This document shows positions 1 through 7,197 of a DNA stretch of 13,036 bases, in pieces (within the stretch, counting starts at the first letter, position 1; each line of letters opens with the position of its first letter). The notes beneath the pieces were generated by a model. That model made no database searches. It saw nothing but the letters and a program-made list of their open reading frames with translations, and was not told the DNA's origin. Source of the stretch: Pirellulales bacterium (GTDB lineage: Bacteria; Planctomycetota; Planctomycetia; Pirellulales; JAICIG01); the NCBI GenBank assembly GCA_035547635.1, contig DASZUP010000932.1:1-13036 (forward strand), given 5' to 3'. Position numbers and translations under genes: made by a program.

Positions 1-443
1 GGGGTCGTTTGATGCTCGGGGCGCGTTTGCGCCGCGACGCGCAACATGGTCGTCACGTAGTCCGACGCCGTATTGGGACTGGGGATGCGATAGATTAACT
101 GGCCGGAAGGCGTCGCGATGGCGTCGGTCGGCACGCGAGTGATCCCGTATTCGCGGGCGACGGCACGCTCCACGTTCGGATCGACCTTGACCGCCACGTA
201 GTCGGCGGCCAGCTCGTTGCCGAAGCCTGGCTGGCTGAAGACGTTTTGCTCCAGCATTCGGCAGGGGCCGCACCACGGGCCGCCGAAGTGAATCAGCACT
301 AGCCGATTCGACTGCCGGGCCAACTTTTGGGCCGTTGGCAGATCGGATTCCCAACGCAGGCCTTCCTGGGCGACGACGGGGGAGGCCAAGGCAAGGATTG
401 CCACGGCTGTCCAGATGCCCCAGATTGCAGTCGCTTTCATCAT
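1..443 (-). CDS. Secreted thioredoxin-fold protein (Thioredoxin_7-like), partial; its 3' end lies beyond the window start
   Basis: The reverse-complement translation begins MMKATAIWGIWTAVAILALASPVVAQ, a signal-peptide-like hydrophobic N-terminus. It continues LVLIHFGGPWCGPCRMLEQNVF...VAVKVDPNVERAVAREYGITRVPT. The WCGPC redox motif and the surrounding pattern match thioredoxin-like folds. The mRNA upstream of the ATG pair reads GCGAGGCUC-AUGAUG, so there is a GAGG SD. The second ATG (440-438) may be the true start. Confidence 0.75.
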   Translation of the reverse strand, partial: MMKATAIWGIWTAVAILALASPVVAQEGLRWESDLPTAQKLARQSNRLVLIHFGGPWCGPCRMLEQNVFSQPGFGNELAADYVAVKVDPNVERAVAREYGITRVPTDAIATPSGQLIYRIPSPNTASDYVTTMLRVAAQTRPEHQTT

Positions 444-675
444 GAGCCTCGCGAAAAATCGGAACACGCCGCGCCGAGCGTAGCGCAACTAGAGGTTGTA
501 TCGGTCGATCGTGTGGCGCGGCCTGTAGGAATTCTGCCGAGTTTGCGGCGGGAGGGCATGGAGCCGTGCAGCCGCGACATGCTCGCCTTCAAGCGGCGGA
601 GGTGATTTCCAATAGGGGGGTGTTCTCGGGGAGACCAAATTTACTGCGAATCGTCAATAGATCGCTTGACACAGC

Positions 676-704
676 GGGAGCGGCGGGTAAGATTTCGTTA
701 GTTT
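676..704 (+). promoter_or_regulatory. Sigma70-like promoter candidate (TTGACA-16-TAAGAT) that could drive the long rho leader
   Basis: TTGACA at 676-681, a 16-nt spacer, then TAAGAT. It lies about 440 nt upstream of the rho start, with no gene in between. The promoter consensus for this lineage is unknown, so this is weak evidence. Confidence 0.2.
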
Positions 705-928
705 TACGTCTTGCCTGACAGATAGGCACGTCGCCCAGACGATGTAAGGAATCGTTGGGGTGCCCTCGAGCGGAGCAGAACTAGCTTGAGGGGGCATGAG
801 CCGTTTCTGGCCCTGAGCACTCTGCTTTTTGACAGCTCCGGGCAGTTGACGCTTTTTCCGGCGGGCCATGCTGGTTGGGATACCCCGGTGCTCGCTTAGC
901 AGGGGCCTCGCGATTTTTGCGAGAGCAA

Positions 929-944
929 AGCATTCATGAATGCT
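929..944. promoter_or_regulatory. 16-bp perfect palindrome AGCATTCATGAATGCT in the rho 5' leader; operator- or hairpin-like
   Basis: The sequence is its own reverse complement. A smaller inverted repeat TTTGC-gaga-GCAAA (916-929) precedes it directly. The region lies within the untranslated stretch between the thioredoxin-like gene and rho. Confidence 0.3.
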
Positions 945-1141
945 GCCTGCAAGTCGGCCTAGTTTCGATTCAGTTTTCGTCACTGGGCGAGAATTGACTT
1001 TCTAGTTAATGCCTGCGGCCGCGTGTCGCAGGTTCGTTCCACTTTTTTGGGTTCGCTCCCAAAGATCGGCATCGGTTCGCGCAACAGTCGCGATGATGCG
1101 CCTTGTTACAGGGTCGAGAAATCCTTTTCCTGGTGAGAGGT

Positions 1142-2434
1142 ATGGCGAAGAAGAAACGCAGTCGAGGCGGACGTGGCCAGAACAATGGCTATGGCGGCTT
1201 TCATCAAAATGGCCACCAATCCCGCGGCCGCGGCCGGCGACAACGCCCGCCTGGCGACCGCCCGCCGCAGAATGAACCTGAAGTGACCGAAAACGGCGAA
1301 CCGATTCCAACCGTTCCGGCCAGCGGCATTCTTGAACTGCACCCCAACGGTTACGGCTTTCTCCGCGATCCGAAGAGCAACTACCAGCGCGAGCGCACCG
1401 ATCCGTTCGTGCCCGGTACGATGATCGACAAGTTCGGCTTGCGCGAAGGCGTGCTGGTCAACGGCATGGTTCAGCCCAGCCGTAAGCAGCAAGGCCCGCG
1501 GCTCCGCGAGATTCTCGACATCGACGGCATGAAGCCGGAAGACTACGTCAACGTCAAGACTTTCGACTCGTTGACGCCGATCAATCCCGAGAGCTGGCTG
1601 CAGTTGGAAACCGGCCCCACGCCGCTCAGCCCGCGCGTGATGGACTTGCTCACGCCGCTGGGCAAAGGACAGCGAGCGTTGATCGTCGCCCCGCCGCGCA
1701 CCGGCAAGACCGTGCTGCTGCAGCAGATCAGCCAGGCCATTTCGACCAACTATCCCGACATCAAGTTATACGTGCTGTTGGTCGACGAGCGGCCTGAAGA
1801 GGTCACCGACATGCGCCGCAACGTTGACGGCGAAGTGATCGCCAGCAGTCTGGATCGCGACGTGGAGAGCCACGTGCGGCTCTCGCAACTGGTGGTCGAA
1901 CGCTGCAAGCGGCTGGTCGAAATGGGCCACGACGTCTTCCTGCTGATGGATTCCATCACCCGCATGGCGCGGGCCTTCAACAAGTGGGTCGGCAATACCG
2001 GCCGCACCATGTCCGGCGGCGTCGACATTAAGGCGCTCGACATCCCCAAGAAGCTCTTCGCCACGGCCCGCGTGTTCGAAGAGGGGGGCTCGCTCACGAT
2101 CGTCGCCACGGCGCTGGTCGACACCGGCAGCCGGATGGACGAACTGATCTTTCAGGAGTTCAAAGGGACCGGCAATATGGAGCTGGTGCTCGACCGCAAG
2201 CTGGCCGACCGCCGCGTCTGGCCGGCGATCGACATCAGCCAATCGGGCACGCGCCGCGAAGAAAAACTGCTCGATCCCGACACGCTGCACGCCGTCACCA
2301 TGCTGCGCCGCACGCTGTCGAGCATGCATCACGTCGATGCCATGGAGCAGCTCACCAGGCAGTTGTCGCGGTTCAAGTGCAACCGGGATTTCATCAGCCT
2401 GATCAGCGGCGCCAAGGCCATGAACATGGACTGA
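1142..2434 (+). CDS. rho: Transcription termination factor Rho
   Basis: The [14 protein letters not shown] cold-shock-like/OB segment is present. So are the Walker [30 protein letters not shown], the [12 protein letters not shown] motif and [36 protein letters not shown]; all have close E. coli Rho counterparts. The ATG at 1142 is preceded by GGTGAGAGG. The ORF track's start at 1103 is a TTG that adds only 13 non-conserved residues. The stop is TGA at 2432-2434. Confidence 0.95.
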   Translation: MAKKKRSRGGRGQNNGYGGFHQNGHQSRGRGRRQRPPGDRPPQNEPEVTENGEPIPTVPASGILELHPNGYGFLRDPKSNYQRERTDPFVPGTMIDKFGLREGVLVNGMVQPSRKQQGPRLREILDIDGMKPEDYVNVKTFDSLTPINPESWLQLETGPTPLSPRVMDLLTPLGKGQRALIVAPPRTGKTVLLQQISQAISTNYPDIKLYVLLVDERPEEVTDMRRNVDGEVIASSLDRDVESHVRLSQLVVERCKRLVEMGHDVFLLMDSITRMARAFNKWVGNTGRTMSGGVDIKALDIPKKLFATARVFEEGGSLTIVATALVDTGSRMDELIFQEFKGTGNMELVLDRKLADRRVWPAIDISQSGTRREEKLLDPDTLHAVTMLRRTLSSMHHVDAMEQLTRQLSRFKCNRDFISLISGAKAMNMD

Positions 2435-2513
2435 GCGCTTGGCCCTTTCGGCCGATGGTCCTGACGGTCGATGAGTTTTCAGCTTCTGTTCGGCCGCGCC
2501 AAGAGCTGCAGGT

Positions 2514-4244
2514 CTATTGCCTTTCGGCGCGTTGCTCGACCGCAACGCCCGCCACGTTGGCCGCTCGACGATTGATGCGGCGGCCGACGACCATGGCGTC
2601 GACGGGATTTTCGCGACGGTAACGGTCGCAGGAAATGACGTCGACTTCTTCCCACTCAAACGGCAGCGGCTTGCGCCGCCCGCGCACGGAGTGGAAGCAA
2701 AAGTAGTCGAAGTCGGCCGTCGCCGAACGATCATCGGCCTGGCGTGGCCAATCGAGCCAGGGGATCGTCTGGCCATAGTGATAGACGAACGGATGGTGCG
2801 CCCGGCCGAAGCTGATCAGCCGCGCATCGGGCGGCAAGCGACGCTTCAACTCAGCCACCTGGCCCGCCACGTCTTCGCTGCGGCGGATCAGATTGTTCAT
2901 CACCAGGCCGTTGAAGGTCAGCCCCAGGAAGGCGGCCACGGCAAACACCGCGGCGACGGCGTATCGCGGTTGGTCGCCGCGCCGGGCCTTCCACGCGGCC
3001 GCCGCCGCCCAACCGGCCAGCGCTCCATAGACGGTGGCAAAACCCAACGGCTGCGACAGCGGCGTCTCGTTCCATTCTCCGCTGACACTGACGCCAAGCA
3101 CCAAGAGCCCGGTCAGCGTCAACACGGCCGCCGCCGCCGTGAAGTAAACCTGCCACATCCGCGCCAACGAGGCCGAGCGCGCCGCAGCCGAGGCGCGATC
3201 GATAACCAGTCCGATGAGCGGGGCGAAGCACGGGTAAAGCGGCATGAAATACCGGCCCCGCGCCTGCGGCGCCAGCCAGCAAGTAGGGAAAGCCGTCAGG
3301 ATGGCGACCGCCAGGAAAATGGCGGGCTCTCGCGCGGAGCCGAGTGAGCGGCGGAAGTCGCGCTTCACAAAAGCCGCCAACCAGGGCGACCACGGCAGAA
3401 GACAGCCCACGATTTCCCAGGGATAGCCGAGCAGGTGTCCGATGACCGGCCAGGGATTCGAGTAATCGAACCGGGCGGCGGACGTGTGTCCCCACGTTTG
3501 CAGGACCTTCTCCCACTCGATCTCGAGCGAATAGGGAACCTGCCAGGCGCCGACAATGAGCCCAAACGCCGCGATGCCTGCCAGGTGGGCCCACTGGAAC
3601 AGGTAGCGCCAGTCACGCCGCAGCGCCAGGTAGACGACGACCGCGCCGCCGAAATACACCGGCCCTTGCGGCCCCTTGGCCAGCGCCGCCAGAGCGGCCA
3701 GCGAGTAGCCGGCCGTCCAGGTCGCCAACGGCCGCCAACCTTGCGAGTAACCCCAGTGCCAGACAAGCAGCGATGCCCCGATAAACAACGTCAGCATGGC
3801 CTCGGTCTCGGCCAGAAAGCCCAGTTGCAGGACCTGCCCCATCGTGACGTAAGCGGCGCCGGAGGCTAGCGCCCCGAAAGCCGTCAAGAACGTGCGGGAA
3901 TAGCCGTAGATCACCAGTGCGGTGATCAGCGTGGCCAGGACGGTCGGTAAACGGACGGCGACGGCGCCGCGACTGCCTAGCGCCTTCATGCTCAGCGCAA
4001 TGGCCCAGTTACCCAGCGGCGGGCGATCCGGAAACAGGCGTCCCTGCTCGCGCGGCACGATGTAATCGCCCGATTCCAGCATTTCGATTGCTACCCGAGC
4101 GCGCCGCGTCTCTTCTCCGCGCAGCGTCAGGTCGCCCAGCCGAGGGAAATAGACGCCCAGGACCAGCAGCACCAGCAGCCCCAATTGGGGCTCCAGCCGC
4201 CAGGCTCGGCGAGCGCTTTCGGGGGGAGAAATCGCGGCATCCAT
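2514..4244 (-). CDS. GT83/GT39-family membrane glycosyltransferase (ArnT/PMT-like)
   Basis: The ORF is 576 aa with at least ten hydrophobic helices. The N-terminal segment reads EETRRARVAIEMLESGDYIVP, resembling the conserved ArnT/PMT acidic-loop motif (D/E-x-R-Y-A-x-I-A-x-x-M...GDW-x-VP). A soluble C-terminal domain follows. The ATG is at 4244 and GGAG lies 8 nt upstream in the mRNA. Confidence 0.8.
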   Translation of the reverse strand: MDAAISPPESARRAWRLEPQLGLLVLLVLGVYFPRLGDLTLRGEETRRARVAIEMLESGDYIVPREQGRLFPDRPPLGNWAIALSMKALGSRGAVAVRLPTVLATLITALVIYGYSRTFLTAFGALASGAAYVTMGQVLQLGFLAETEAMLTLFIGASLLVWHWGYSQGWRPLATWTAGYSLAALAALAKGPQGPVYFGGAVVVYLALRRDWRYLFQWAHLAGIAAFGLIVGAWQVPYSLEIEWEKVLQTWGHTSAARFDYSNPWPVIGHLLGYPWEIVGCLLPWSPWLAAFVKRDFRRSLGSAREPAIFLAVAILTAFPTCWLAPQARGRYFMPLYPCFAPLIGLVIDRASAAARSASLARMWQVYFTAAAAVLTLTGLLVLGVSVSGEWNETPLSQPLGFATVYGALAGWAAAAAWKARRGDQPRYAVAAVFAVAAFLGLTFNGLVMNNLIRRSEDVAGQVAELKRRLPPDARLISFGRAHHPFVYHYGQTIPWLDWPRQADDRSATADFDYFCFHSVRGRRKPLPFEWEEVDVISCDRYRRENPVDAMVVGRRINRRAANVAGVAVEQRAERQ

Positions 4245-4420
4245 GGCGCCATCTCCGGCTGTCTGGCCGCGGAATCCGCAATTCCTCTATCCGCGGCGGG
4301 GAACTTGCTTGGGTCAGGAAAAAATGCGAGTTTCGCAGCGGAAGTGTTGCAAAATCGGCCTGCTGGGGCCAGACGAGTTTGGCAAGCCGGCTGAAAGCAC
4401 GGTCGGCGATGGGAAGGGAA

Positions 4421-4480
4421 CCGCTGATCTCCGCTGCGACGAAAGAAACCGCTAATCTCCGCTGATTCTCGCTAATCTTC
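4421..4480. repeat. Three closely spaced copies of CGCT(G/A)ATCT / CCGCTG in the intergenic spacer
   Basis: CCGCTGATCTCCGCTG is at 4421-4436. CCGCTAATCTCCGCTG is at 4449-4464. TCGCTAATCTTC is at 4469-4480. Confidence 0.5.
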
Positions 4481-4688
4481 TTTTTGTTCCGCAGAAATGC
4501 GAGTTCGCGGTTGCGGAATCAGAAGCGAGTGCTTCGTTCAAACGAGAAAAGGGAGTCCGCCTGCCCGCAGATGAGCGATGCCAGTTGAGATTAGCCACGG
4601 ATGGAACACCGATCGAACACAGATCCTACAACTTCACCGTTGGCGGAGCGAAAGTGGCGACCGAACTCAGGATCCATTGTTATTGATC

Positions 4689-4716
4689 ATCCGTGTTTGA
4701 TCCGTGTTCATCCGTG
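4689..4716. repeat. Three phased copies of ATCCGTG at 10-11 bp spacing, plus an inverted copy upstream
   Basis: ATCCGTG occurs at 4689, 4700 and 4710. CCACGGATGG at 4595-4604 is the reverse complement of the third copy, (C)CATCCGTGG. Confidence 0.5.
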
Positions 4717-4870
4717 GCTCGCTTCTCCTAGTGAACGCGCCAATGAGCGATGCACAACGCAGGCGCATTCCGCTTCGCTTGAAGGCGCCTGCCCCAATTC
4801 TTAGACGTGACAAAGCACTAGCGGGATTGCTGTTAAGAGGAACTGGGGCGTTCTCGGCTTCCAAATGCCT

Positions 4871-4927
4871 CCCAAAAACAATGCCTGGTCGAGCGGCGGG
4901 GCCCGACCAGGCATGGATCAGTTTTTC
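4871..4927 (-). terminator. Intrinsic (Rho-independent) terminator for the oxidoreductase gene; it could work in both directions
   Basis: An 11-bp perfect stem (ATGCCTGGTCG at 4881-4891 and CGACCAGGCAT at 4904-4914) encloses a 12-nt loop. On the minus strand it is followed directly by UGUUUUUGGG; on the plus strand GUUUUUC follows 6 nt after the stem. It sits 35 nt downstream of the oxidoreductase stop. Confidence 0.65.
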
Positions 4928-4948
4928 AGAGCCGTCTTGCGGGGCGGA

Positions 4949-6400
4949 TCAGGCGAGCTTGTCGGGAACGACAAACGGCTTGCGGTACTGCCGCGAGAGC
5001 ATTTGGTTGGCGGCGTCGTCGCCGACGATCGTCTCGTTCTGGGCGTCGACTTCCAGCTTGCGGCCCAACATGTATTTCATCTCTTCCAGCTTCAGACCGT
5101 TGGTCTTCGAGAGATGTTCTTCCATCCGCGCCAGCGTCTCATAGGCCTCCTTGTTGTCGCCGAAGGCCTTGGTTTGCGGGTTGAAGGGAACTTTCTCGCC
5201 CAGGCGATAAGACATGTTGGCCAGGTGGCACAAGGCGCTCGAGTAATGCCCTTCCAGGATGTCGGCGTTGAGGTCCGACTGCTGGCGGCTGCGCACCGCG
5301 GCGATGAAGTTGCCGAAGTGGTTGCCGCCCGGTCCTCGAGCCGCGGCGGGAATCTTCTCGGCCTCGTCGCTTCCTTTCGGGTAGAACTTGCCGCCGACGA
5401 CCAGCCCGTTTTCGCAGTGGAACACGTTGCCGACGCGCTGCCCGTGGAAGTCGTCGGTATCCAGTCCGCGGACTTCAAAGATCAGTTGCGCGTCGCCATA
5501 GTCAAAGATGGCGATTTGCGTGTTGGCCGTTTGGCCCTGGTCTTCGTATCCGAAGCGGCCGCCCAGGCTGATCACGCTCTTGGGCAGCGTGGCGCCGGGA
5601 ATGCCCCAGCGGGCCTTATCCATTTCATGAACGCCCTGATTGCCAATGTCGCCGTTTCCGGTGTCCCAGAACCAGTGCCAGTTGTACGGCACCAGGTTGC
5701 CGTTATACGCCTGGTCGGGCGCCGGGCCGAGCCACAGGTTGAAGTCGAGCTCCGAGGGGGGCATGCCGGCTTCTTTGAAGCCGATGCTCTTGCGTCGCTT
5801 GTAGCACAGGCCGCGCGCCACCTGCAACTTGCCCGCCTTGCCGCTCTTGATGAATTCCACCATGCCGGCCATCGTGCCGTCGGAACGGCTCTGGGTGCCG
5901 TGCTGGACAATGCGGTTGTATTTGCGCGCCGCTTCGACCGCGATGCGACCTTCGTGAACGTTGTGGCTGCAGGGTTTTTCGACGTAGACGTCCTTGCCTG
6001 CCTGGCAGGCCCAGATCGAGATCAGCGAGTGCCAGTGGTTCGGCGTGGCAATGGTCACGACGTCCAGGTTCTTGTCGTCGAGCGCCTCGCGGATATCGGT
6101 GACGGTTTTCGGCGGACTGCCGCCCGAGGAAGACACCCGGCTGAGGCTCTTCTTGTAAGTGCGTTGATCTGGGTCGATCAGGTAGGTGATCTCGACCCCC
6201 TTGATGTTCAGCAGATCGGCCAGGTGAGACTGGCCGCGGCCGTTCAGCCCTGCCACGCCGACGCGAATGACGTCGTTGGCCCCGATCACCTTGCCGGAAG
6301 ATTTCGTGCCGGCGATGGTGAACGCCGCCCCGGCTCCGGCGGCCGCCAGCGAACGTTTGAGGAAAGTGCGGCGAGACGAACGGGTTGGTCGATGTGACAC
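4949..6400 (-). CDS. Gfo/Idh/MocA-family NAD(P)-dependent oxidoreductase with a twin-arginine (Tat) signal peptide
   Basis: It carries a Tat motif (SRRTFLKRSLAAAGAGAAF), then a Rossmann N-terminus (IRVGVAGLNGRGQSHL), then EKP...H motifs typical of the family. I place the start at GTG (6400) because AAGGAG lies 7 nt upstream in the mRNA. The ORF track's longer form (to 6490) would add an Arg/Pro-rich extension and has no RBS. Confidence 0.85.
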   Translation of the reverse strand: MSHRPTRSSRRTFLKRSLAAAGAGAAFTIAGTKSSGKVIGANDVIRVGVAGLNGRGQSHLADLLNIKGVEITYLIDPDQRTYKKSLSRVSSSGGSPPKTVTDIREALDDKNLDVVTIATPNHWHSLISIWACQAGKDVYVEKPCSHNVHEGRIAVEAARKYNRIVQHGTQSRSDGTMAGMVEFIKSGKAGKLQVARGLCYKRRKSIGFKEAGMPPSELDFNLWLGPAPDQAYNGNLVPYNWHWFWDTGNGDIGNQGVHEMDKARWGIPGATLPKSVISLGGRFGYEDQGQTANTQIAIFDYGDAQLIFEVRGLDTDDFHGQRVGNVFHCENGLVVGGKFYPKGSDEAEKIPAAARGPGGNHFGNFIAAVRSRQQSDLNADILEGHYSSALCHLANMSYRLGEKVPFNPQTKAFGDNKEAYETLARMEEHLSKTNGLKLEEMKYMLGRKLEVDAQNETIVGDDAANQMLSRQYRKPFVVPDKLA

Positions 6401-6710
6401 GGGCCAGCTCCTTATTATTGGTCGTGAGTGAACGCGTTTTCTCGGGCCAGGGCCTCGCACTTCCGGCCGCGGACCTGACCCTTCAGACATTCAAGTCCCG
6501 GCCGGAGCAAAGGAACGAGCGCCGCCGGCAAATACCGCAGGCGCCAACGCATCAACATTTTACGATGAATTGTCCGCCCCGCAAGCTTTTACTCGCTTGC
6601 CCGACCCCGCAAGAGCCAGGCGAGGTTTCACCGGCAATTCACGGCTCGCTCATCGCACGCTCATACGCGGCGGCTAGAGTGCAGGCGCCCGGGGCATTGA
6701 GGACGCCAAA

Positions 6711-6920
6711 ATGCTAGTCTTATCGCGAAAACGAGGAGAGGCGATCCGGATCCACGAGGATATCGTGGTCACCGTGATCCAGCTCGGCCGCGGTCGAGTG
6801 CAGTTGGGCATCCAAGCTCCGGCCAACGTTGCGGTCAACCGCGAGGAAATCCACCAGCGGTTGCAGCGCATTCAGACGGAATCGAAAAGCAATTCGGAGG
6901 ATTCAGTAGTTCCATGTTAA
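6711..6920 (+). CDS. csrA: Carbon storage regulator CsrA/RsmA, a post-transcriptional RNA-binding regulator
   Basis: MLVLSRKRGEAIRIHEDIVVTVIQLGRGRVQLGIQAPANVAVNREEIHQRLQ aligns along its full length with E. coli CsrA ([48 protein letters not shown]). GAGGA lies 7 nt upstream of the ATG. Confidence 0.9.
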   Translation: MLVLSRKRGEAIRIHEDIVVTVIQLGRGRVQLGIQAPANVAVNREEIHQRLQRIQTESKSNSEDSVVPC

Positions 6921-7159
6921 TGTCTGATTTTTTGGGGCGGACCGATTGGGTCGAGCAGTTAGAAGGACGCATTCGGCTGCGGACCGATCGGCGGTTGCGA
7001 GCCTTGACCATTTCTCGCGACCGAGGGCAAGTCTTTGTCAGCGGCCGCGCTCCCTCGTTCTATGTGCGTCAATTGGCCGAGCAAGCCGCCATGGAACTTC
7101 TTCCGCCGGATCGGCTGCAGTTGGAAATTGAAGTCCGTCCGAGCGGCGCCGCCAACTAG
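6914..7159 (+). CDS. 81-aa hypothetical protein, translationally coupled to csrA, with a BON-like (bacterial OsmY and nodulation) sequence pattern
   Basis: Its start overlaps the csrA stop: ATG at 6914, or TAATG at 6918-6922. GGAGGA lies at 6896-6901. The segment ALTISRDRGQVFVSGRAPSFYVRQLAEQAAMEL fits the BON-domain pattern (VxLxGxVxS...AxxxA). It has no signal peptide and no TM segment. Confidence 0.55.
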   Translation: MLMSDFLGRTDWVEQLEGRIRLRTDRRLRALTISRDRGQVFVSGRAPSFYVRQLAEQAAMELLPPDRLQLEIEVRPSGAAN

Positions 7160-7197
7160 CCGGCAGGTGATTCCAGGCGACCGTCTGGGCTCTTGAT

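Noticed and set aside
654-983. 109-aa minus-strand ORF in the rho leader
   Set aside because: It has no SD. It has an internal basic stretch but no recognisable fold. It lies in a region full of palindromes that are better read as regulatory or leader structure. I treat it as non-coding.
1103-1141. TTG-initiated 13-codon N-terminal extension of rho from the ORF track
   Set aside because: The ATG at 1142 has a GGTGAGAGG SD directly upstream, and the extension is not conserved Rho sequence.
1766-2776. 336-aa minus-strand ORF overlapping rho and the rho/glycosyltransferase junction
   Set aside because: It is antisense to rho, has an implausible composition, and straddles a convergent intergenic region.
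2517-3347. 276-aa plus-strand ORF inside the glycosyltransferase gene
   Set aside because: It is antisense, extremely Arg-rich, and has no start context.
4245-4948. Possible tRNA, CRISPR array or mobile-element remnant in the large spacer
   Set aside because: No T-loop (GTTCGAATC-type) or cloverleaf-compatible segment is present. The repeats are too short and irregular for CRISPR. There is no transposase or integrase fragment and no terminal inverted repeats.
4865-6397. 510-aa plus-strand ORF fully overlapping the Gfo/Idh/MocA gene
   Set aside because: It is antisense to a well-supported CDS. Its composition is Arg/Ala/Gly/Val-rich and low-complexity, typical of wrong-strand ORFs in GC-rich DNA. 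It has no recognisable domain and no RBS.
6401-6490. Longer N-terminal form of the oxidoreductase (start at 6490)
   Set aside because: A GTG at 6400 is preceded by a perfect AAGGAG at a 7-nt spacing and is immediately followed by the Tat motif. The upstream extension is Pro/Arg-rich and has no RBS.
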